From positions 1 through 64,000 of the forward strand of contig JAUGWO010000009.1 in assembly GCA_049724395.1 (NCBI GenBank): DNA of 64,000 nt, given 5' to 3'. Made by a program: the position numbers and the translations under genes. The notes beneath the pieces are model-generated. The model was not told where the DNA came from, ran no database searches, and saw nothing but the letters and a program-made list of their open reading frames with translations. Position 1 is the stretch's first letter, and each line of letters opens with the position of its first letter. Positions 10,240-23,903 of the stretch are shown one piece after another. This DNA comes from Spongospora subterranea f. sp. subterranea (lineage: Eukaryota).

Positions 10240-11523
10240 TCATTCTTGCTGAAAGTAGTTCATGATGCCAGCGCGTTGGGCGGCAAACAATTCGAAGAGG
10301 CCTCCGAACTGGGACACGAGCTCGCGATTGATTCCACGAAAGGCGGTCTGTACCTCTTCGCTCTTTACCATGTCTTGGACAGCGTCGACCGCGCCCATGA
10401 TGTTCGGGACTCCGACGCTGGCAACGGCATCCGACAGCGATTCCACGTTGGGGAGGACGCTTGACAATAATGCTGCAGCGCCATCCGCATCTGCCGCTGG
10501 GGCGACAGATGCTGATGAACCTGAGCCGAGACCCCCCGAAGGAGATGCTTCCGACGACGACGACGCACCGAACCCGAACCAGGTGCTAAGCAGGGACGCC
10601 GACTCCTCCGACGGTGCTGGGGCGTCCGCTGGCGAAGCAGCTGCAGCTGCAGCATCATTGCTGTAGTAGGTCTTGTAAATGTAATAGCCGATGCCAGCGG
10701 CGGCAGCTGTCACACCCAAACCGGTCAATAGAACAGATCGCCGGGGCATTCGTTGCGATATCGCCGAGGTGGAAATGCCAACGCTCTCCAACATCTTGCC
10801 GGCTTCCTGACGGGCGTCGTCGAGCTGCTGGCGAGCTGCATTGGCGCCTTGCTCGATGGCCTTGCCCTGCTGCCTCATCGAGTCATTCAACGCTTCCGCC
10901 TGATCTAGAGCTGCTGCTTTCTGGTTCATGGCGGTAGTTTTGGCTTCGTTTAGGCGAGACTTCATCATCGCCTTCTGGTCTTCAGCTGCATTCTTAGCAT
11001 CTTTGAGCTTGTCTTCAACTTCCCGCTTTTTATCCATTACCTTGGCTTTCGCTTCTGCGACGGATTCACTCGCCATGGCAGCGGTTTCGCTGAGCCTCTT
11101 TTCCTTTGTCTTCTTCTGTTCTCCGGCAACATTCTCGTCAAGCCTCTGTTGCGTCGTCTTGATTTGATTGTTGATGCCAGATTTGGTCTCGGCAACTTTG
11201 TCATCTATTCCTTTCTTTAGATCACTGGTATTCGAGGTTTTCGCTTGTTGCCCGGCCATGGATTTCTCGACGTTTGGCTTGGCAGTGTTGGCTTTCTCCA
11301 TGACTGTCTTACCGATATCTCCACCTTGCTTAGTTGCTCCGTTCATAGCCTGTCTTGCCATGTCGCGGCTGTTGTTCAGCACTGTATCGGTCGATGTCTG
11401 ACCAGCAAACGGCCATCCACCGCTCTCAACAGATTCTTCTTCGTCAGACCGGTATCCTGATTCGTTGACGCTATCAGCGGTGGCGCGGGTATTGTAAGCG
11501 CGTTCGGCAGGAGTGTTTGACAT
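10240..11523 (-). CDS. 427-aa single-exon protein with an Ala/Lys/Glu-rich LEA-like helical region and one TM segment
   Basis: Long clean ORF. It has a repetitive K/A/E/Q coiled-coil, then LLTGLGVTAAAAGIGYYIY, then an Ala/Ser-rich linker. Confidence 0.8.
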   Translation of the reverse strand: MSNTPAERAYNTRATADSVNESGYRSDEEESVESGGWPFAGQTSTDTVLNNSRDMARQAMNGATKQGGDIGKTVMEKANTAKPNVEKSMAGQQAKTSNTSDLKKGIDDKVAETKSGINNQIKTTQQRLDENVAGEQKKTKEKRLSETAAMASESVAEAKAKVMDKKREVEDKLKDAKNAAEDQKAMMKSRLNEAKTTAMNQKAAALDQAEALNDSMRQQGKAIEQGANAARQQLDDARQEAGKMLESVGISTSAISQRMPRRSVLLTGLGVTAAAAGIGYYIYKTYYSNDAAAAAASPADAPAPSEESASLLSTWFGFGASSSSEASPSGGLGSGSSASVAPAADADGAAALLSSVLPNVESLSDAVASVGVPNIMGAVDAVQDMVKSEEVQTAFRGINRELVSQFGGLFELFAAQRAGIMNYFQQE

Positions 11524-11713
11524 GTTGATGAGAGGAAGAGGTATTTGAAGAAGTTGTCTAAATCTAAAGGCAAGTGAGGAATGAATAGATCAACTGATTG
11601 AATCCACGTTATAGTTGCAGGACAGCATGATTCCGGAATCAGTCTATCTATCATCGGATCTATCAAAACCGACGTGAGTCATGCACTGCTTCGAAATTAT
11701 CAGCATATCCCTT

Positions 11714-12917
11714 TTATTGCTTTGGCAATAGTTCAGGGATCGGAACCGTTGTTCTAGGTTCATTCTGTCCGTTCATGTCTGATTCATGATCTACCGCGAA
11801 TTTAGCGGATATCTCTGAGTTGAACATGGACATTGCTTCCAGGTTCAAAGCAGCTATTTTGAAGAAGTGGGTCAATAGTAGTTCATTTAACATACGAGAG
11901 GTTTGCTTACACACGGATCTCAGGAACGCCTGCTTCATTTCTCGCTCACCTTTTTCTTTATTATGCACCAAAAACGCGATCTGCCTTTCGCTTTCAGATA
12001 GTTTGAGTCGCATCTACAAATCGCGATTCAGATGCAGAATTTTTAGAATGACGGGTAGCAATACAGAAGATAAGATGGTTTCGTATTTGCCAATAGTTTT
12101 CCTTGACATGATGTCGATTTGGGTCTTGAAAACCTCCTAAAACCATTCACGCTTTTGTTAAGCATCAGATATGGTTTTGGTACCTCACGGCGCGTTTTAT
12201 CTCGGTAGTGTGAGTGCTTGCGCCATTTCAAATACATCCTCAGTTTTGTAGCGCGTGTCTGTCGCGGTACGAGCAATGTGTCTGCCATTGCACTCATAGA
12301 CCTCCGACGTTGAGTTGTGCGTTGCCAGATATTGAATGACTTCATTAAAGCTCGATTTCCAGCCTAACATAAACCACATATGTGGTAAGCATCAGAACAA
12401 CGCTTTGCCGATAAAAACAAAATTACCAAACGCATTGCAATATTCTCCAAACAAAGCGACATGGATTGCTTGTTTTTTTCGTTTTTTAAAAAATGACTCT
12501 GTAGAGAAGCGATTCCCTCTTTCAGCTCTTCATTTTGATATTGCAGCTGCTCCAGTTGTGCGTGATATATTTCAGTTTTTTTATTTGCTTCGTTCCGACA
12601 CGATTCCATGCATGAATTTCGGAATCTTCCAAATTGTGTCTGAACTGTTATAATGAGCATTTTAATCGTGCCCAAGATCGTATTTACCTCTACTGCAGTT
12701 TTTAACTGGCTCACTGCCAAGTCCAGCTCTTTGCCCTGATCGAATTCATACAGCGGAGGTGTAAGTTTACTTCTGATTCGCCGTCCATCCCCTCCCCATG
12801 CTGGTTCCCGTCGTCATCCTGGCCTTGATGGTCCTGGTCGCCATGATCCCCCTGATCCTGCACTATCTGTAGTAATGAGCAATAGACATCATCGCCCTCG
12901 ATACTGCTCAACATCAT
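11714..12917 (-). CDS. Hypothetical multi-exon coiled-coil protein; boundaries approximate
   Basis: Chain of minus-strand ORFs (12917-12711, 12720-12364, 12345-12043, 12013-11714) with coiled-coil character and plausible short introns. Confidence 0.5.
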
Positions 12918-14699
12918 CTCACTCTGACCCTACTGTAACAGCACACTCACTACACTACAGTACAGTATACTGACGTAGGTGCAGTGTAACTGCCACAACT
13001 CTCTCACCCCGACACTGTACACTTCGTTACATTGTTGAGTCCAATGAAATCATGGCCGTACATGAGTGTGTCATGCTGCAATCGAATGAGTCTGAAACGT
13101 TTCACACCGACGACAGTTTGACTTGTTTTATTCCAACTGTTTTCCGTGAATTTGAAACGTGTTTTTGCCAAAGGGGGTGTCAGAGTTCCCTGAGTCAGCG
13201 AGTTGCGAGGTCATGGAATTAACCCGGTATGTAGCGGATGTTATTTCGCTGATAGAATGGATGAAGTCGAAGGCAACATCGCAATTCCAGTTCGGATGTC
13301 GGCGCTCGGGAAGGCTATCTGATCGTTCAATGGCTGCAAGATGAGTAAAACTTCGATTTGATCACGGGTTGTAATGCAGGGCCAACGCAAGCAGAAACAT
13401 CTTTGCGCAAATCACATGCATTATTGCAGTCTGGCCAAGTTCATCAATGCCCAGACCGAAGATGCCACTGGTGTTTGGAGTTCATCCCATGCCAAGGTCA
13501 GGTACAATTCGTAACTGAGCTCGTTTAAACAGGCCAAACGGGCATCGACAAATCAAACTGGCTGGGGCGAGTCGGACAAGGGTCGACCCAAGGGAATCTT
13601 TGTTGTTCGAGCAGAAGCTCGAAAGCACGAACTTACTATACCCAGGTGAAGGAACTGGTGGGCTTCGGACAAAACATTGCTCCGGCGTGGCAAAAAGCGC
13701 CAGGATCAGAATCCCTGTGCCTGGCAATTGTTGGTGCTGAAGGGATGCGATTGCACTCAAAAACTCCAGGTCAAGAAGTTGAATAGTCCAATCAACCTAA
13801 CGCAGTCTTGTTTTACAATCTTGGTCAGTTTAACTACAGCAACAAAAAACCTTGTCGAAATCAAAACTACGATCATGAATTTTGTCCTTAAACCGTCCAA
13901 CGACTTCTGGGTATATTCCATACCAGATCAACTTCAATTTTCAAAAAGGCTGTTGACATGATGACTAGACTGTGGTCGAACCCAAAATTGACTCAAGAGA
14001 GGAACTCATCATGGCGAAATGGCGTTGTTCCTGCGAATTCTGCAAGATACCCTCTATTGAATGAGTGAGGAATTTAGCCAAAACACTCATCGCTGATAGA
14101 CAACGCTGAATTTCTACAGATGCGTGCGTCTCCGGCTGTTCAAAAATCGTTTATCTTTTCGTTCCCGCCAATGAAAAATTTGACACAAGTATTTGGGCAG
14201 ACACGGCAATGATACCGTGAACTTTGCCATATATCAGAAATTTCAAAATGATCAAGACGCTGGAGTCGATCAAAATCTATGTTGTGTCGAGACGGTTCAC
14301 GTGCCAAGCGCATTGCTCAGAAGCAGCCAAAGCGCAACAAATTGTCGCTTGCCCTTTTCGAACCTGGGGCAATGCCGGCGATGTTAGCCACTATCATCGA
14401 TAACTGTTATTACCCGCAAACCCTTCGATGCTTGGCCTGTCGACCTCTCTCACCAGTGCCACCAAACTAATAAACCATCCCAAACGGTCTAGCGAAACTC
14501 AAATGTTGATACGTAAAATGGAGTCAATATGTCGACGATCGATGGGGGGCACAGAACCTTATGGTCAGCGAGTATGAATCCGAGCGTTCTAAAGCGCTGT
14601 GACAAGTCGGATCCACACACTTTCACCATGTTCACTGGCCAAGATGACTTTCCGCTGTGTAAGGTGCTGTGTTTCATAACGTATTACTGCCTCTTTTCG

Positions 14700-16770
14700 A
14701 CAGTATTACTTTAGCGAGGTATACTTTCTATTGTACCTTCAGAATCAACGGAAAATGCAGTTGTAAAACTCCCCTGTACGTTGATGTTGGCCCAGCGCCA
14801 TTATGTCATCAAACAGGATACCGATGGTTTAAATCTACTTCCTCATAAAAGTGAATTTAAGTTTAAAATTGCATCTTCCGTTGATTCTAGACGTGCAAAA
14901 TACTGATACAACATGAATAAAAAAACTATGCAAATCGTCCGACGCAATGTGCCGTTGCTCCAAAAGGTGTTCATCTTGATGCTATGGAAACCATACCATT
15001 TCTGCTGTCTCAATAGACCAAAGATTTCGAATTTTCTGGTCAACGATATCATGTTCAATGTCAGGCCAACGCAACTTTTTGAAAATTGTTGTATTCATCA
15101 TAGTATCTTGTAGACTATAGTCTTCAACCCATTGTATCAGTCTCGTCATTGACAGAAGCAGTGGTTTGAGCCCGAAAAAAATATGGATTAACATTTTGAT
15201 AACCAACAATCCAACGAGAATACGCACAAACTGACGATCCCGAAACTGTGAAGGTGAATAGCTTTATCAGGAACAGATCCATTGCCATTGCGTGAGGTGT
15301 CAGACAAGGATCGCAAACAGGAGTCGCTTCTATGCTCGTCGTATCGATCATTCTTAACCAGCAAATCATCTCGGCGAGTTCTTCCTTCACAGCATCGAAA
15401 AGGAACGATTCGATCTGTAAGACCGTTTGGACCTGAGGCAGAAGCTGTGCTTTTTCTAAACGACAAACAGGCCCAACTTGACCTTCTGAAAATTCAACTC
15501 AAAAATGAAAAAGAGTCACCAGCAGCTGTCTCAATAGCCGAAGCTCCATCAGCCATCAAAACCGAAGCTCCAGTGAAATTCTGATAAAAGGTCTGATAGG
15601 CCTTTATCACGCTCCTAGAATTTTCGGATGGAGCAAACCCGATACCACCTATGACCGTTTTGCCCAAACAGTCAATATTTGAGAAAACCAACAACATCAG
15701 TGTGTATACACTGATGTTGAAGGTACCATCCAGAAGAGTGAAATCTGAATAAGACCGACAATATTTCTCCATTGCTGTAGTTTGAACAATGGGCACCGTT
15801 GATGCGCAGGCCATCTTCCAACTCCAGCTGGAAAATTCCTCCTGAGTTTGAGATATCTGGCCCGAAGGCGAAGAAATCTTTCATGCCGTCTGGATCGGAA
15901 CCAAAATTAACTATCTTGCTCTTCTTGATAATACGCTGAATCAAATGGCTGTTGTGCCTCTCGGGAAATTGTGTTGCAAGGATGCGACGCAACAATGGCG
16001 CGTTTGCATGACAGCCACAGGTAATAATGAGGTCTTTCTCCGATGGCCACAAATCTCTCTCGAAACGCACAAAAAAACGTCTGAAGTTTCAGGTATTAAG
16101 GCGATGCTATGATTTTCATCTAGGTTTAAACCATCGGTATCCTGTTTGATGATATAATGGCGCTGGGCGAACATGAAGGTGAATGGAACTTCGAAACTGC
16201 ATTTTCCATTGATTTTAGAAGTGCAATAAAAAGTGCCCCTCTGGACAGCGGATCTAGCAAAAATCAGTTGCGACCCGGCATCGTCCATCTTATGGGTGAG
16301 TTTGCCGCAATTGAATCCTCGTTGTTGGGCAAAACGCCGGTTATACTGATACGACATGGATTGAAAAACTATGCAAATCGAAAAGAAGGTTTCATACCTT
16401 GCAACGACGTTATCGCCATGTTGAGCTGCTTAATTCCAAAATCATCCGGTTCTCATTCAAACTTTGACGGCAACGGGGGCAGGTTTTAGGAATGTGTTTT
16501 GTTAGGCATATGCCGCCGGGCTGATTGCACGGCCCGCTCATCCTATTCTTGCAAATGTTGCAGAATGACTGGGCGAAAGATGGACCTGTCTTCTTATTGT
16601 TGTCAAGCCATCTCTGGCCAGGTCCGTCGCCAACTGACTTTCTCTTAGGTCTTCCCTGAGCAACAGGGCCGTAAATGTTTTGCCCATCGATTTGCCGATA
16701 ACAATAAATCCGAACCCCATCCATTAAATCCAAATCCGGTAATATTTGCATCCCCAGACCGTTCAACTGC
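14700..16770 (-). pseudogene. Decayed MULE (Mutator-like) transposase
   Basis: Frameshifted ORFs containing FTLLDGTFN..LLVFSNIDCLGKTVIGGIGFAPSE..LMADGASAI (MULE DDE core). An inverted partial copy lies at 14718-14838. Confidence 0.75.
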
Positions 16771-16899
16771 TATCAGTTTGCTTCAATGGCGTCATCAGAC
16801 TTTGAACCTTCTCGAAGGCCAGAAACGAACAAGGTTAGCAAAGGCCTTTTTGTATCCTTGAACAAGGAGCGTTGGCCGCGTTTTGGAGATATCGAATTC

Positions 16900-18610
16900 G
16901 CATCTCTTCAGTGATGGCAACACAACAACGGTATTCGGTCACGCCGTTTCGCTTCAAGCTCGAAGAGCGCCTGTCCCGACACCGTTCATTGGCATGCTTT
17001 TCCCCAATTTCATCGAAGAAGAGAGTTCGTGCACTATCATGAGCTGATGGTTAACCTCGCGCATGAGATTGACAGAACCAGAAGTATCACGAAAAGGCCC
17101 TTTGGTTTCTATTTGCTAAGCCAGCAACGTCAAGTATTCACGATCAAGGAGGAATGCAAACGAGCACCAGCCATCCACGCCCTCACACTTAACATAGCGC
17201 TAGGTCAACACGATTTCCCACAAGCCGGTCTTTCCAGCATCCCTGCTTTCAACGACCGGTTTCTGCAGAACTATCGCTCCATGTCATCACATCGCCACGC
17301 GGGTGCCCGCACCTCGCAGGGAGAACAACCGGCGTCGTCGGCCAGGCCTTTGCCTACATTGCGACGAACCGGGACATGTTGTACAACAGCCCGTAATAGT
17401 TTGCCACGACGACCCCTTCCAATGCCCCGATCATTTATTCACCGTCTCAAGGTTATTCCTGTTCCCGCGATGCCTGATCATTCCATATCTACGGTTGCCT
17501 TCCATAGCTCGGCAATCATCAAACGATATTGCCCTTCGTGCTCTGGCGCCTGGCCACATTCCGTTCCCATTACTATGGCGCGATCGGAACTTCGCCCATG
17601 CCCAACTCAATTCCATTAGAAGTCCTCACTGAACCAATCCAACTCTCCGTTGTCGATGGGCGACGCTTTCGGCCAGTGACCCACAAAACTCATTTCCTCG
17701 AGATTTCAGTAGTGGATATATCCGATTCAACGCCAAAATCTTCCCCATGGACCGTCCCGCCCTATACGATCGTTGCGTTCTTGAGGCAAGCGAACCCTTC
17801 ATCGACTTGGAAACCCCTCACAATCCAAGCACGACCACCCAGATCGCCTTGGCAGCTCGTCAACCGGGGCCACTTGAGGGGTCGCCTGGTAAGGGGCTTC
17901 GATGAAACCAGAGCTACTTCACGATGCGGTCCATCTTCCTGTCCATTGCGCCGAATTTGCGGACGTCATTCCAAAAAACCTGCAGAGACACTTCCACCGC
18001 ATCGCCCGGGAGTTGACTGTGCTATCAATATCGGGGAAGATGTTGGCAATCTCACACACCTTGCTATTCCACATCAGCGATAAACGGATACTGTACCTCA
18101 ATCAGACGCCCCGACAACTTACACAACTTACAGCAAGGCGTCGTTAGGAACAAACAAAGGTGGAACACACACACTGCGATTGTGTGTGTGTGCGGTTGAC
18201 TACCGGGATTTGAATAACATCAGCAAAGGGGAACCGTATCCACTTCTCCCTGATCGACGACATACTACAACTGTCGAAGGCCAACAAATGCTACACCGAA
18301 GTCGATTTACGCGGCGCTTATCTCGTCAGAGTCCACCAAGGCGATGACCGGAAAACGGCCCTCAACTGCAAATACGGTCATTTTGATGACCAAGTGATGC
18401 CATTCCATATCAAGAACGCACCCGCATCGATCCAACAACAAAAAGCAAATGATTGAACATCTGATTCATTGGTCGTTGAATCTGTGCGGGTGCGTTTTCG
18501 AGTCCGAAAGGCATCAGATGGTGTTCAGAACGACCGTATTTGCGGTTGAGGGCCGTCTTTGTTTCATCGCCTTGGCGGATACAGTACCTTTCCGACCGCT
18601 GGAATTTGCA
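16900..18610 (+). mobile_element. Degenerate Ty3/gypsy relic (gag knuckle, protease, RT start) with an inverted RT fragment
   Basis: GLCLHCDEPGH, EFADV..LPPHRPGVDCAINI, CAVDYRDLNN..YPL, VDLRGAY, GDDRKTA..YGHF..VMPF. Minus strand 18410-18613 reads KTALNRKYG..LMPFGLENAPA. Confidence 0.85.
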
Positions 18611-20251
18611 CAAGTCGACGTGGTTTGGACAATGACGAAACAGCCAATGAAATCCGGGAAAATGCCGTTTTTACGTCAGATTGGACCCCATTGAAACCAA
18701 CTGGCGCCAACAAACAATTGCCTCATTCACACTTTTTCGCATCGGCCTCCGACTCAGTCTGATGCTGTTCCTGCTTGGTTTTGCTCAAAGTTCCCCAAAA
18801 CTGCTTTAACGGCTCTTGGCATCTTCATGTGTTTACCAGAACCGCTCTTTCGATTTACAATTACTTTGATTACAGTTATGTTGCCATGGCTTTAGAGCCT
18901 TAACGTTTGTTGTTGTCCTGCAACCAAATAGTTCCTCGTAGTCGGTGACAAAGGCGATGTTTTGGGGGCATTCAAGGAATGTCCTATGGCTAAACACTCA
19001 ATTGCGACCCATCACCGAAACATTCTGCTCGAACATACAGCGACTCCAGAGGCCTCGGGGACATCCGAGAACCCACAGAGCGAGGGGAATCCGGATTCAA
19101 GGGGGCGAAATGTGTTGCCATCGTCGTCTGTACAACTGCCTAAGACGGTGCCACTCCATCTTCAAACCATATGTTCGTTTGGCCAGCAACATTGTATTGT
19201 CGTTGATCATGGCCCGACCCATCCGACATGTTTCCCAGAAGTGTTCGATTTACTAATCTTACAAGAATCGGAATCCATTGTTTCTGTTAGGGTTTGTTGG
19301 GCTTTGCGTTTCGAAGCAAAAACTATGTTTTATATCTTCGCAATCAAGAATATGCAAAAAACTGCCACGACGACCTTATCCTCTATCTGCTGCTTTTATC
19401 GCTCAACCACGATTTTTCGCATTAGTTTCCTCGTTATCCTTGTTGTGGGTCATTGGCCTGTTTCGTGAAATCAACGAGTTGGTTTGTTTTTGGGCAAACC
19501 GGATATGAGCTGCGTCAGGCTGCTGAAAAACGAGTTCTGATGTCAATATCGTTCATGACGTCGTGCTGGGAACGGTGGTGGGCGCCCCATGAGGAATTGT
19601 TTTGAACAGCGGTGACGCGCTTCAAGGGTCTGTAAATCGTCTGGACTGGTGTTCCTGGCCAAGGTTGGTGTGGTCAAAAGGTGACCTGAAGTGCTTCTGT
19701 TTTCGTAAAAAGAAAATGTCTTTCCCTCTCCTAAGTTCTACCTGTCGTGTCGGCCAACGCTTCTCGAGGCGATTCGGGGCGGAAAGTCTTATCGGAGCCA
19801 CTCCAAAACTGGATTACATCGGAATGGCTCAAGTCAACTAGAGCACGACCTATGAAATTCATCCGTCAACGATATCCTGACGAAGATCATCAAGGTTGAT
19901 CATGGGAAATCGGGGCGGACGTATCGGTAGAAACCATCAATACCCTTCACGATCGCGACGATAGTTGATTTTCTGTAGGTCAAGGTCCAGTAGAAGGGAC
20001 GATCTAGATTGTAAAATACTGTGGAGCCGCCATATGGGCCCAATGTTCGCACCATTGAAATACAACATTGGCAAAACGCAAAACCTTGTCAATTTGTAAT
20101 TTTATAGAGAAATAAAGCCCAAAGGACAATAATGTCCCATTGACACTTGTTCAACGATCAACAATATCGTACTAGTGGAGCGTACCCCACCTATAACGGG
20201 TGGACAACATCGTCGGCGCGAGCGGGGGTTGATCTGCTGTCGCCTGAGAGG

Positions 20252-21466
20252 ATGGCCGCTGTTGGAAACGCAGCCACGACGATCTTCACGCGAGGAAGTT
20301 CTGAGATCGATTGGTGTGAGGAAAACTACCAATATAACGAGTAATTTCGTCATGAACAACCTCATTGTTTGGTTCTCACTGGATACTCCTCTGACGACTT
20401 TCGATCTGGTTGTTTTTTTTGTCGTGTTCAGATATATCGCCGAATACTATAACACCATCTCCAACAGCACACTCGTGTTCATCCCGTTGATCATGATCTA
20501 CCTATCGAGGCCGTTCAGCCAGTACGTCAATCCGGACATCAATATCGTACGAATTTCGCTCCATAAGTCAGATTGTTGAGCTTGACTCGCCGGCGTGGTC
20601 AGATCTGGGTTCTGCTGGCCCTCGTCGGTGTCGGATCGGGCTATTTCCATGCGACGCTTAGCTATACCGGTATTCATCTTCCTCAGCAACGGATCCGGTC
20701 CGCTCTGAATCGTCGAAAATCAGGGCAATTGATCGACGAGGTATCGATTCTGTGGGTTCTGGCCTCATGTTTGCCATTGCTCATACCTCGCTCGGCGCTC
20801 GACAATCGCGTCTTCGCCAACTCCCGTCTTCGGCTCAAGATCGCAGTTCTGATCGCCACACTCGCCTCCTCTGCCCTGCTGTTCGCCGCCCCGAAAATCA
20901 ACGCGTTCGTTCTCATGCTTGGCGCCATTCCCGCTCTGGTATTGGCCACTCGTGTTGGCAAGTTTCCGTTACTGACTCACTCTGGTGTGTGCCCAGGCGC
21001 GTTTGTTCGACCTGGTCATCTCCACACATTACTGGAGAGCCGTTCGACTGATATTCATCTCCGTCTTCCTGTACTTTGCGATCGGCATTCTCTACGTTCT
21101 GAGCGATTGACCTGGAATTGATATAGGTGGCTTCTGGCCATCACCTGCTGGATCAACGACCGATTTTTCTGCAAAATTTGGACCAACGCTTCCGGAATCC
21201 CATACCCGCAATTCCATGCGTTTTGGCATTTCTTGATTTCAGTGGCTTCATATTCAGCCGTCATCGTTGGAGGTAAGGGGCCAGCACGGCCGAACCACCA
21301 TGGTTCGTTGTTCTGACGCGCCGCAGCGTATTTCGTGGCCGCCAAAGAACGGCCGGAACTGCACCCGCGACTGAGGTATTGGCCAATCGATCGCCTGGAG
21401 TTCGGCATTGTGTATATCGGGTTCAGCGCCAGCGACCCAATCACGACGATGCGCAAGAACGACTGA
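20252..21466 (+). CDS. Alkaline ceramidase (ACER/CREST family), multi-exon
   Basis: SEIDWCEENY, YIAEYYNTISN, VGVGSGYFHATLS, GQLIDEVSILW, CWINDRFFC, PQFHAFWH. Confidence 0.93.
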
Positions 21467-21935
21467 ACATCGAACACGATTCCGTTCCTGTGTTCCTTTC
21501 ATGTTTGTCAATGTCAAATTCGCAAAATTCTCTTCCCCGTAATGACATACACAGTGTCAAAGCACCAACAAATTCTCGATAAACCCGAAGCGTCAGGAAA
21601 GGATTTGATTCGAACAACAGTGTTTCGTTGAACAAGGAATTTATGATCCGATGTTTTCGTGTAGAATCAGGAATTGATATGAAACACAACGTGCGAAATC
21701 ACGCCGTTCCGAGTAATCGGTGAGACACATCGTGTGAATATTTTCTGAAACCCACTTGTGTGAAATCAATGGGACGATCTTTGGTCCGTTGTGTCTATTC
21801 AAAAATCGCAGAGTGGAGATCGACTGACAATGGTCAAGCACACTGGTTGGGAATATTGAAATATATATGGGCGATCCTGTCTGGGAAAGAGTTTATGCAT
21901 TGGATTGAGCACGAGCTTGGTGGCGTAGCGCAAGG

Positions 21936-23387
21936 TTATAAGAACACGACAACGCAACTGATATCGTCGGTGGCATCCTCTTCCTGGTTCCACCGTTTGG
22001 TACTCTCGCGCGTCAGAGCCTGGCAAGCAGCGTCCGGCGTCGCACACCTGCGAACAATGTCGACCGCGTCCTGAACGGCACACACACACACAAACAATCA
22101 ATTTTCCCTGGCGTCGAATCGGCCGACACTTATTCCGACTTGATTCGAGATGAACTCCCAGACGCCATCCGACGCTATGATCAGGTACTTGTCCAAAGCG
22201 GTTCGGAGGGTTCTGTCGATCTGAACAACATCCGAACAATCAAATCACGCGACACGCAACGGACCACGTTGGCGAACCTCGGGTTCGTAGGTGACGCCGA
22301 TCGGTCTGGCGATGAAATCGCCAAACGATCGGGACATGGCCAAACCGGGCAGATCCACGTCCGGAAGCCAAACGCGGGGAGGGCCGACGGCTTCCCCCTT
22401 TTGCCCACGACATGGCGTAACTCGACCGTGAAGCCTGAGGATGCTATGGCCAGGGCGGAGCATGAGCCCAACGTATGCTTCGATCGCCGGTCAATCATCG
22501 CCCTACCGCTCCTTCTCGTCGGGACGATCGGGTTTGTGGTCGGTGGACAGCGGGATGGCGATGATCTTGCCGTCCGTGGTCGCGCGTCCCAAAATCGCCC
22601 GCGAATCCCCGGCGTTGGCCGTGAATATCAACGCACAGTTCACATAGCAGACGACGGCGGTCGTCCCCGACGACGACGAATTGATCCTCCTGTTGGCCTC
22701 CAGCGCATCCGACTGAACCAATCCAGACAGAATCAAAGGTTTGGCCTCCCGCGACGATCGCGTCGAAAACAGAACCAAAAAACTCAGACGTACCATTCTG
22801 CGGAATCCCTGCTTGATGGCTTCCTCCTCATCGCCATCGCCGGTGGCCACAGGAAGCAGATACTGGGGCAGCGTTTGGGCAACGAACTCGCTCACTTCAT
22901 GTCCTGACAATCCATGGCCATCGAACCTGAATCCCGATCATGGGGTCGGCTCGTCGGCAAACGGGCCCAAAAAAACAAACAAAACACACTCACACTCCGA
23001 ACAGCGCATGGGCGACGTCGCCGAAGTCCTTGATCTTGATGACCCGGTCCTGGTTGACCTTGCGTGGATTGTAGGCGACGTATCCGGTTTGGGTGGCGCT
23101 GGCGAACGTTCGGTACGGTCTCTGAACGGGGAATCAATCGTATCAGAGTTCTGGCAACACAATAGGTGTGTCCAACCGTGTAAGGTCGATTCATATACAT
23201 TGTCGTTGGGAGCCGCCGACGATGATGACAATGACAGCTCGGCTTCCTGCTCGCATCCGTCCTGTTGTTTCGCTCGAGACGTCGGTGACGATTCCTTCGA
23301 CTGCCCGTCGCCCAGTTCCGTCGTCGCCGCTGGGACCTTCGTCTTCCGGCTCATCGACACCGGCCAGAACGGGAACTTGCTCGACAT
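21936..23387 (-). CDS. Protein phosphatase 2C family, multi-exon
   Basis: [63 protein letters not shown]. Confidence 0.93.
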
Positions 23388-23903
23388 CGCGCCGTCACCA
23401 AAACCCGGACGAGCTGGTGATTCCCCGATAACTCGTGAACGGCGCCGTCAAACCGGATCAAAATCGGGGGGCGGATTGTGAGTACAGAAGTTAGTTTGGG
23501 ACTCCGGTCGGGTTTTACCGATCGATCGACCGGGAACTTGAAAACAAAAACACCAAAAAACAGACAGTCCCAGATCGATTGTCGTTTTGGGAAAACAAGA
23601 GGGGAACTGGTCGGCGATAGCCAGAGAGAGGCAAAAAAAATGGTGGAAAATTGGTGTGAGTCGGATGGCGCTATGCGGTTTGCGCCAGAAGTGCCCTGCG
23701 ATGGGGGCGTTTCGCGTCGCGATTTTAAGGGTCAAAGCTGTGAACGTGGGGGCATCATCAATACACAGATGGCGATGGCCATAATGATCCCATTTCGGTG
23801 AATAAACAATGGGAAAACGATTTCAACGATGGAATGGTGATGGGTGATTCTCGACGCTAGAAGTCGTTGGGCGATGTATGAATATATGTTAATGGGCGCG
23901 TTC

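Noticed and set aside
13650..13960. OTU-like protease relic (IPVPGNCW)
   Set aside because: Resemblance is too short and interrupted by stops.
22140..23481. Long plus-strand ORFs (255 and 246 aa)
   Set aside because: Antisense shadows of the GC-rich PP2C gene.
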